The notes under the pieces are model-generated. The model did no database searches. It saw only the letters and a program-made list of their open reading frames with translations, and had not been told where the DNA came from. Of a stretch of DNA of 35,042 nt, positions 17,681 to 24,191 are shown piece after piece (positions within the stretch are counted from its first letter, which is position 1; every line of letters begins with the position of its first letter). Origin of the DNA: an uncultured Nitrososphaerota archaeon (lineage in GTDB: Archaea > Thermoproteota > EX4484-205 > JAAOZO01); NCBI GenBank assembly GCA_964639105.1, contig CAZXBW010000002.1:1-35042 (forward strand). Reading direction: 5' to 3'. A program made the position numbers and the translations under genes.

Positions 17681-17935
17681 TTGAGGTTGTCAGTGGAAAG
17701 CAAGGTGAAGAAAGTTCTGGCTGAGACACTCGGGATTGATGAATCAGAAGTAAAACGTGACTCGAAGTTTGTGGAAGATCTCGGCGTCGAGTCCCTTGAC
17801 ACGGTCGAGATCGTGGCCGCTCTGGAGGAGGAATTCGACATAGATATTCCGGACGAAGATGCCGAGAAGAACGTGACCGTCGGTCAGGCAATCGATTACA
17901 TCGAAGACAAGCTGAAGCAGAAGAAAACTCCATGA
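17681..17935 (+). CDS. acpP: Acyl carrier protein, bacterial AcpP-like
   Basis: The sequence [67 protein letters not shown] is nearly collinear with bacterial AcpP (..[45 protein letters not shown]). The phosphopantetheine serine is conserved in ESLD. An AGGAGG lies at 17672-17677. The likely start is TTG 17687, or TTG 17681. Confidence 0.85.
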   Translation: MRLSVESKVKKVLAETLGIDESEVKRDSKFVEDLGVESLDTVEIVAALEEEFDIDIPDEDAEKNVTVGQAIDYIEDKLKQKKTP

Positions 17936-17957
17936 TGAAGGAGCCGAACTAGCTCGT

Positions 17958-18377
17958 CTACCCAGTGAGCACGACGATCGCGATGGCGTAGTCGCCCGTG
18001 TGGGACAGGCTTGTCATAGATTCCTTCACCCCCCTCTCTCTCATCCTCTCCTCCAACGCCCCGGATATGTTCAACACGGGAGCTCCTCTTTCATCCCGAG
18101 AGATTTCTATGTCAGTCCATTTCGCGCCTCGTCCCCAACCGATGCCGAGTGCCTTCAGCGTAGCTTCTTTGGCAGCGAATCGCGCGGAGAGATGCGAGTA
18201 GGGCTCCTTCTGTTCATAGCAGTATCCTATTTCCTGCGGCGTGAAGATCCTCCCCAGAAAGCGTTGGGTTCTCCTGCTACATGCAATCCGCATCCTTTCA
18301 ATTCTCACTATGTCCACTCCCACTCCTTTCACTGAACCAGTCTTGCTTGGATAGTCGTCGAGTCCTGTCTTCCTCAA
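17958..18377 (-). CDS. acpS: Holo-[acyl-carrier-protein] synthase (4'-phosphopantetheinyl transferase, AcpS type)
   Basis: The AcpS pattern is present: GVGVDIVRIERM...FTPQEIGYC...LSARFAAKEATLKALGIG...WTDIEISRDERGAPVL...LSHTGDYAIAIVVL. The TTG start forms a TTGA overlap with the ackA stop. An internal GTG start nearer to GVGVD is possible. Confidence 0.85.
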   Translation of the reverse strand: MRKTGLDDYPSKTGSVKGVGVDIVRIERMRIACSRRTQRFLGRIFTPQEIGYCYEQKEPYSHLSARFAAKEATLKALGIGWGRGAKWTDIEISRDERGAPVLNISGALEERMRERGVKESMTSLSHTGDYAIAIVVLTG

Positions 18378-19582
18378 CCACTTCTTCTTCTCCGGAGTAT
18401 CTCGACTGTGTCCCTGGCGATCATGAGTTCCTCTCTCGTAGGAACTACCAGAACTTTAACCTTGGAGTCATCCGAACTGATCATTCCCTGCCATTTGGCG
18501 GGATCTCTGTTCTTGCTCACATCGAGACGTACCCCGAGGAACTCCAATCCTCGGCAGGCCTCCGAGCGGATGTATTCTGCGTTCTCTCCTATTCCAGCTG
18601 TGAAGACAATCGCATCCACTCCGCCCAGAACAGCAGCGTAGGCTCCGATGTACTTTCTGACCTTGTATGCGAGAATTCTCAGCGCCAGCTGCGCCCTGTT
18701 ATTCCCTCTCTCGGCCTCGCTCTTGACCTCCCTGACGTCATTGCTTACTCCGGATATGCCAAGCAGCCCACTCTTCCTGTTCAGTATCTCGTTTATCTCA
18801 GTGAGATCCAGTCGCGCCTTCTCCGCTACGAAGAAGATGATGGATGGATCAATGTCGCCACACCGAGTCCCCATCGGCAGACCCTCAAGGGGTGTGAATC
18901 CCATGCTGGTATCCACGGATTTACCCCGATCGACGGCGGTGATACTGCAGCCATTCCCAAGGTGGCACGTGATTATCTTCAAGCTCTCAAGATTTCTTCC
19001 CATTATCTGCGCTGCTCTTAGCGCAACGTACCTGTGCGAGGTTCCGTGGAATCCGTACCTCCTGACCCCGTATTTCTCATAGAATTCATATGGTAGGGCG
19101 TATATGTACGCCTCCCTGGGCATCGTCTGGTGGAAGGATGTGTCAAACACGGCCACTTGGGGGGCATCAGGCAGAAGGTCCATTGCGGCTTCTATGCCTG
19201 CGAGGTTTGGAGGATTGTGCAGGGGCGCCAGTGCTGCAAACTTCCTGATCGTCTGCATGACTTTTTCGTCAATCAGAGTTGATTCGATGAAGGCATCCCC
19301 TCCGTGAACCACCCTGTGACCTACTGCAGATATCTCTGAAGGATCCTTGATCACACCTCCCGATTTCTCCAACAGGTGATCGATGACTAGGCGAAGGCCC
19401 TCACGGTGACTGTGTGCGATCACTTCTTCTTTTATCACCTCTTTTCCAACCCGGTGTGACAGAAGTGAGCCCGGCTCCCCTATTTTCTCCAAGAGACCCT
19501 CGGCCAGCACCTGCTCCCTTTCCATGTCGAGAAGTTGATACTTGATGGAAGAGCTACCGCAGTTTATGACGAGGATCTTCAT
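18374..19582 (-). CDS. ackA: Acetate kinase
   Basis: The N-terminus MKILVINCGSSSIKYQL, the motifs VGHRVVHGG and RYGFHGTSH, and the 402-aa length fit AckA. Confidence 0.92.
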   Translation of the reverse strand: MKILVINCGSSSIKYQLLDMEREQVLAEGLLEKIGEPGSLLSHRVGKEVIKEEVIAHSHREGLRLVIDHLLEKSGGVIKDPSEISAVGHRVVHGGDAFIESTLIDEKVMQTIRKFAALAPLHNPPNLAGIEAAMDLLPDAPQVAVFDTSFHQTMPREAYIYALPYEFYEKYGVRRYGFHGTSHRYVALRAAQIMGRNLESLKIITCHLGNGCSITAVDRGKSVDTSMGFTPLEGLPMGTRCGDIDPSIIFFVAEKARLDLTEINEILNRKSGLLGISGVSNDVREVKSEAERGNNRAQLALRILAYKVRKYIGAYAAVLGGVDAIVFTAGIGENAEYIRSEACRGLEFLGVRLDVSKNRDPAKWQGMISSDDSKVKVLVVPTREELMIARDTVEILRRRRSG

Positions 19583-19583
19583 G

Positions 19584-20603
19584 TCAGGCTAAGGCACCCT
19601 GAGCTTCCACGCAGATGATAGCTATGGTACCGGCGATGTCCTCCGGATTCGCTCCCCTGGAAAGGTCGCTGATAGGCTTGGAGAAACCTTGGAGAATGGG
19701 CCCATAGGCCTCGGCCTTTCCCATGTACTGGACGAGCTTGTAGGCGATGTTAGCTGCGTTCAAATCGGGGAAGATAAGGACGTTAGCCTTTCCGGCGACC
19801 GGATTCTCACCCTTGATCTTCTTCTTCGCTACGGCTGGGACGATTGCAGCATCGGCTTGGAACTCTCCGTCGATCAACAGGTCAGGGGCCTTCTTCTTTG
19901 CAATCTCGGTTGCCTCGATGACCTTCCTCGTCAGAGCATCGTAAGCACTGCCCTTTGTTGAGAACGAAAGCATCGCCACTCTTGGGACCCAATCAAACAG
20001 GAGCTTCGCGCTGCGAGCCGATGATATAGCAATGTCCGCCAGTTGAGCGGGCGTGGGATCGGGATTTACTGCAACATCAGCGAAAAGAATCGCACCCTTC
20101 TCCCCTCCTTCGAAGTCCGGCTTGTTCATCAGGAAGAAGCTTGAGGGGGTCGATATGTCGCCCTGAAGGCCTATGATCAGGTTGGCGGCTCTGACCACAC
20201 TGGCGGTGAGGTTCACAGCCCCGGCGACCATGCCGTCAGCCTCTCCGACCCTAACCATCATGGCCCCGAAATAGAGACTCTTCCTGAGGATCCTCCTTGC
20301 CATTCCTTCATTGACATTTTTCTCTTTCCTCAGTTCACAGTACAGGTTCACGTACCTGTCGAGATCAGCGGACTTCTCCGGGTCCAGAATCCTCATCTTC
20401 GCAAGATCAACGTTCAGGCCTGAAGCTTTCTCTCTGATTGAATCCTCATTTCCCAACAGTGTTATGTCAGCGATTCTCTTCTGTGACGAGATTTCCGCTG
20501 CCCTCAGAGTCCTTTCATCCTCTCCCTCAGGAAGGACAATCTTTCTGGGGCTCTCTCTGGCTCTATCCATGATTTCGCCCACTATGTCCATCTCACGTAC
20601 CAC
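19584..20603 (-). CDS. pta: Phosphate acetyltransferase (short-form Pta)
   Basis: The sequence IVLPEGEDERTLRAAE...FFLM...ILFADVAVNPDPTPAQLADIA...DGEFQADAA...ANVLIFPDLNAANIAYKL is the PTA_PTB pattern. The start is GTG 20603 or ATG 20591. The stop lies 1 nt from the ackA ATG. Confidence 0.9.
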   Translation of the reverse strand: MVREMDIVGEIMDRARESPRKIVLPEGEDERTLRAAEISSQKRIADITLLGNEDSIREKASGLNVDLAKMRILDPEKSADLDRYVNLYCELRKEKNVNEGMARRILRKSLYFGAMMVRVGEADGMVAGAVNLTASVVRAANLIIGLQGDISTPSSFFLMNKPDFEGGEKGAILFADVAVNPDPTPAQLADIAISSARSAKLLFDWVPRVAMLSFSTKGSAYDALTRKVIEATEIAKKKAPDLLIDGEFQADAAIVPAVAKKKIKGENPVAGKANVLIFPDLNAANIAYKLVQYMGKAEAYGPILQGFSKPISDLSRGANPEDIAGTIAIICVEAQGALA

Positions 20604-20751
20604 CTTGCTCCTCGGTCACTCCTGCTCACTTCCCGTTGCCTCTTTTAACATTACTACGTTCGCGCCTGAAGCTGCTTGGGTACGCCCCAGTTCGCCTGGA
20701 CTGAACCAAATACATCATGTTTTTTGAAAGACTATCATTTTTATCCCCCGG

Positions 20752-21222
20752 GTGCTTCCCAATGGTCAGTTGCTCGCCTGGGAAGATGAGCTCAACGAAG
20801 TACTAGAGGAGCTGAAGAGGTCAGGAGAGAAACTCACACGACTAAAATCGCTTATGCTAGCGGGCAAGATATCAAAAGAAACGTACGAGAGCCTAATCAT
20901 CAAGTTCGAGGCGGACGCCTCCAGTGCTGAGAAAAAGAGAAGGGCACTCATCGAAAGCCTCTCGAAATCTCACAAGGAACTATCCGAACAGGCGAAGCTG
21001 TTTGAGAACCTGATCTTGTCCCTTGAAGCCAAGCTTGCGTCCTCAGCTGTCTCTGAGGATCACTACGTCAAGATATCGACCGCCTTGAAGTACGGGCTTG
21101 AGGAGACGATAAGGGAGATGGAAAGCGTGTCAAGTGCTCTTACTGAGCTCTACAAGGAGGCTCCTGAGCCGAACCAATATCTCATCGACAGGGCCATGAA
21201 AAGGGTAGAGAAGGGCGAGTGA
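20752..21222 (+). CDS. Hypothetical coiled-coil protein
   Basis: The 156-aa sequence is charged and heptad-rich (EDELNEVLEELKRSGEKLTRLKSL..., ISKETYESLIIKFEAD...). I recognise no catalytic motif. The start is GTG. Confidence 0.4.
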   Translation: MLPNGQLLAWEDELNEVLEELKRSGEKLTRLKSLMLAGKISKETYESLIIKFEADASSAEKKRRALIESLSKSHKELSEQAKLFENLILSLEAKLASSAVSEDHYVKISTALKYGLEETIREMESVSSALTELYKEAPEPNQYLIDRAMKRVEKGE

Positions 21223-21225
21223 AGA

Positions 21226-22554
21226 TCATCCCAAGTAGGCTTCTGCCAACGACAGGCAGAATTCGGCCCCTCCTACGAGGCTTTCGAAGTCTATGAATTC
21301 GTTCGGCGCGTGAACTCTGGAATCGATCAGGTCAAAATCGGCCTTTCTTGAGTACACTTCTACTCCTAGAGCTTTGGTTCCTATTCCCCTCATGTATCTG
21401 CTGTCGGTTCCAGCCGGCAGCATGTATCGGAAGGTTCCGTCAGCATTGCTAGCCGCAGCGAGTGATCTCGAGACCACACTTTCGAAATCTGGGTCCAACT
21501 CGGAACCAGTTCCTTCCGACTGCGCCACGATCTCGATTCTTGTCCTTTCGTCGCCCACTAGCCCCCTGAGCCAATCGATTGCCTCTTGTGGATTGGTGCC
21601 TGGCGGAAGTCTACAGTCAACGGTCACCTGTGCGCTTGGGGGGACCACGTTGGGCCTGACACCCGCCGATAACATGGTCGGAGTTGCCGTTATTGCAGCC
21701 TCTGCCCTGATTTTGGACCAGTTCACTCTGTCGATCGTCCTCACTCCCTCCAGGACCCTGAGGAAGTTGGACTCTGTGACTTCCTGACTCAGTCCGTGCG
21801 CTTTGAGCAGGGCACGGAGGTGCCCAAGAGCCTCGGCAGAAAGCTTGGGTTTGTCCTGCGCTTTCCCTATGGCGCGGGTAGCCTCCATCACTTTCAGAAC
21901 AGCATTGTCAAGAAGATACGGCACTGATGCGTGTCCACCATCACCTTCGCAGGTTATGCGCACCCAAAGGATTCCCTTCTCGGCTGTTTCGTATCCTATG
22001 ATCCTACCTCCCTTCCCATTTATCACAAGTCCACCTCCTTCAGTGACGCAGTACTCGGTCCTCACCAATTCTGGCATGGCGTTCACAATGTGACCGATGC
22101 CCTTGCTCCCTCCGTTCTCCTCATCGGCTGTCTCAACCAGCACCAATCTTCCACGGGGCTTGAACCCCTCTCTCTTCAGCTTGAGGATAGCGAAGACTTG
22201 GGCCGCGACCAAGTTCTTCATGTCGGCCGCCCCCCTGCCAAATATGTTGCCTTCACGCTCAGTCGCTGCGAAAGGAGGCGTCTCCCAAGCTTCAAGCGGC
22301 CCTGGTGGCACGACATCCAAGTGCCCGAGAAAGGAAAGAGACCTGCTACCTGTGCCGCGGATTTCCGCTATGATATTCCCTCTTCCCGGTTCACTCTCAA
22401 CCAACTTCGAGGAGATCCCGTGCTCGCTCAGGACATTCGATATATAGTGGGCGGCAACGACTTCGTTGCCAGGGGGATTGGACGTGTCAATCTGGAGCAG
22501 GTCCCTGAAGATCTTCTTGAGTTCTGTCTTCTCCTCTGAATTCAGTTCGGTCAC
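21226..22554 (-). CDS. M20 family metallopeptidase/deacylase (ArgE/DapE/ACY1-like)
   Basis: The M20 layout is present: LLQIDTSNPPGNE, FLGHLDVVPPG, GRGAADMKN, ETADEENGG. The start is GTG. Confidence 0.8.
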   Translation of the reverse strand: MTELNSEEKTELKKIFRDLLQIDTSNPPGNEVVAAHYISNVLSEHGISSKLVESEPGRGNIIAEIRGTGSRSLSFLGHLDVVPPGPLEAWETPPFAATEREGNIFGRGAADMKNLVAAQVFAILKLKREGFKPRGRLVLVETADEENGGSKGIGHIVNAMPELVRTEYCVTEGGGLVINGKGGRIIGYETAEKGILWVRITCEGDGGHASVPYLLDNAVLKVMEATRAIGKAQDKPKLSAEALGHLRALLKAHGLSQEVTESNFLRVLEGVRTIDRVNWSKIRAEAAITATPTMLSAGVRPNVVPPSAQVTVDCRLPPGTNPQEAIDWLRGLVGDERTRIEIVAQSEGTGSELDPDFESVVSRSLAAASNADGTFRYMLPAGTDSRYMRGIGTKALGVEVYSRKADFDLIDSRVHAPNEFIDFESLVGGAEFCLSLAEAYLG

Positions 22555-22874
22555 TGCTGCCCCACCGGTACGAGTTCGATCTTGTTCTTGGATACCGTCA
22601 TCTCCATGACATCGTTGATTATCGGCTTTCCCAACGAAGAGTACTCCTCCATTGTGAGATACAGTGACAGTCGAGGATTGTGGGACTTGGGGAATATCCC
22701 CGTCTGTTGGAGGCCGCTCATGACCTTGAAGGCCATATCGGAGACATATTCCTCATCTGAGGAAGGAGATTGTCCTCTGATCACAGGAGGCTCAATCGTT
22801 GTCATGTCAAGCCTCACTCCGGGCTTTCCCTCAATCTCAAACGAGGTTATCGAGACAACTTTGACAAGCGACAA
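22551..22874 (-). CDS. Hypothetical small protein (107 aa)
   Basis: This ORF has no competing ORF with better support. Its stop forms a GTGA overlap with the start of the downstream M20 gene, which suggests co-translation. I recognise no family. Confidence 0.4.
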   Translation of the reverse strand: MSLVKVVSITSFEIEGKPGVRLDMTTIEPPVIRGQSPSSDEEYVSDMAFKVMSGLQQTGIFPKSHNPRLSLYLTMEEYSSLGKPIINDVMEMTVSKNKIELVPVGQQ

Positions 22875-22932
22875 GATGAGACCTTCGACCGGACTGACGC
22901 TTATTAATGCTTATCCAAGATCGAACTTGACA

Positions 22933-23244
22933 ATGGATCTGAGTTGGCTCGTGAACTATTTCCTGACGCCAGGCCCAAGCTTGACGATGACTCTCATCCA
23001 AATCGGGCTGGGATTGATACTTGGCCTTTTCATAAAGCGCCTGATCCTCCCTGCGGCTGGGATCTTTCTGGTGTTGCTCTCAGCCTATCTGATCGGAGCG
23101 CTCACCTTGCCGGAAAATGTGCTGTCAGAGGTTCAGTCACTCTTGGGAGACGCGTTGGGGAAGCTGATTTCCGCGCTGATTCTATTGTCTCCTTTCGTCG
23201 TTGCGTTCTTGGTCGGCGCCGCCATAGGAGTGGTGCTTCTCTGA
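22933..23244 (+). CDS. Small integral membrane protein (about 103 aa, 3 predicted helices)
   Basis: From ATG 22933 the sequence reads MDLSWLVNYFLTPGPSLTMTLIQIGLGLILGLFIKRLILPAAGIFLVLLSAYLIGAL...LISALILLSPFVVAFLVGAAIGVVLL. The upstream part of the 220-aa ORF is antisense to the 107-aa gene, so I excluded it. Confidence 0.45.
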   Translation: MDLSWLVNYFLTPGPSLTMTLIQIGLGLILGLFIKRLILPAAGIFLVLLSAYLIGALTLPENVLSEVQSLLGDALGKLISALILLSPFVVAFLVGAAIGVVLL

Positions 23245-23272
23245 TGATGGATATCGCGAACCACGGAGTTGG

Positions 23273-24124
23273 ATGTCCGAAGGATCTCCCTTGAATCCTG
23301 ACAAACTGGGTCAACTCCTCTTCGCCTGGAAGCAAGATCCCGCCGCGATGAACATTGCAGAAAAGGTACTGCAGCTCGGCGAGAGGTCTGGACCAAACAG
23401 GGCGGTTTCAGGGCTGGAGGCAATCCCGTTGAGGTGGAACGAAAGCGAGTTCATGCTCGTGTACCTAGAGGAGAGCCCTCTCTATGCTCAGAGACAGCTG
23501 ACCACCATGAGACCCAGTTCCGCTACGTTCTTGTCAACGCACAAGAGCGAGACCGGGATCCCTTGTCTCACCGTCCATTGCACTGGCAATATCGGCGAAG
23601 CCAAGTACGGAGGTGATCCCCATGAAGTGTCCATAGCGCCAGCAGCGATGATGCGAGAGGCACTTATGGAACTGAAACGTCAAGTTGATTCCTTGGGCAT
23701 CGCATACCCCGTTTCATATGAGGTGACGCACCATGGGCCTACAGTTGACTTTCCTGTCATGTTCATTGAGATCGGGAGTTCGGAGGTTCACTGGAAGGAT
23801 CAATCCGCAGGCATGGCCGTAGCCAAGGCAGCGTTGTCATCTCTGAAGTATAATGACCCTAGCGCAGGCGTTCACATAGGCCTTGGAGGTCCGCATTATG
23901 CACCTCTTTTCACCGCGCGGGCGTTGGAAAAGGGCACCTGCTTCGGCCACATGGTCTCGTGGCACAACCTTCCGAACTTGGACCGGGAGATGCTTGCCGC
24001 GATGGCCAGAAGGAACGTCGGAGTCTCGGAAGGAGCAATCCTCGATTGGAAGGGTCTGAAGGAGGAAAAGAAGAGGGTGACAGCGTTGCTGGATCAGATG
24101 AACATTCGGTACGTGAGAGCCTAA
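23273..24124 (+). CDS. dtdA: D-aminoacyl-tRNA deacylase, archaeal type (DTD2/DtdA)
   Basis: The motifs LTVHCTGN, EVTHHGP and GLGGPHYAP and the length of about 280 aa are characteristic of the archaeal tRNA_deacylase family. Confidence 0.8.
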   Translation: MSEGSPLNPDKLGQLLFAWKQDPAAMNIAEKVLQLGERSGPNRAVSGLEAIPLRWNESEFMLVYLEESPLYAQRQLTTMRPSSATFLSTHKSETGIPCLTVHCTGNIGEAKYGGDPHEVSIAPAAMMREALMELKRQVDSLGIAYPVSYEVTHHGPTVDFPVMFIEIGSSEVHWKDQSAGMAVAKAALSSLKYNDPSAGVHIGLGGPHYAPLFTARALEKGTCFGHMVSWHNLPNLDREMLAAMARRNVGVSEGAILDWKGLKEEKKRVTALLDQMNIRYVRA

Positions 24125-24141
24125 CCTGAGCCGGGCTGGAA

Positions 24142-24179
24142 ACCGGATTTTCTCAACATTAATATCCGGTGAATCCGGT
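24142..24179. repeat. Three copies of a 7-mer (ACCGGAT and its complement ATCCGGT twice) bracketing the TATA-like box upstream of lhr
   Basis: ACCGGAT lies at 24142-24148. ATCCGGT lies at 24164-24170 and 24173-24179. The first two form a 7-bp inverted repeat around a 15-nt A/T-rich spacer. Confidence 0.5.
24158..24165 (+). promoter_or_regulatory. TATA-like box (ATTAATAT) about 30 nt upstream of the lhr start
   Basis: The position relative to TTG 24192 fits a leaderless or short-leader archaeal promoter. Confidence 0.35.
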
Positions 24180-24191
24180 CTGTCTCAGTTC

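Noticed and set aside
18281-19021. A 246-aa plus-strand ORF (and 18408..18641, 18648..19082)
   Set aside because: These ORFs are antisense shadows of acetate kinase and AcpS. Their composition is serine- and leucine-rich and they contain no motifs.
21931-22539. A 202-aa plus-strand ORF (and 21374..21787, 22097..22447)
   Set aside because: These are antisense shadows of the M20 peptidase gene.
22582-22932. The N-terminal 117 codons of the 220-aa plus-strand ORF
   Set aside because: This part is antisense to the 107-aa gene, which is coupled to the M20 peptidase gene. Only the hydrophobic part from ATG 22933 onward looks like a real membrane protein.
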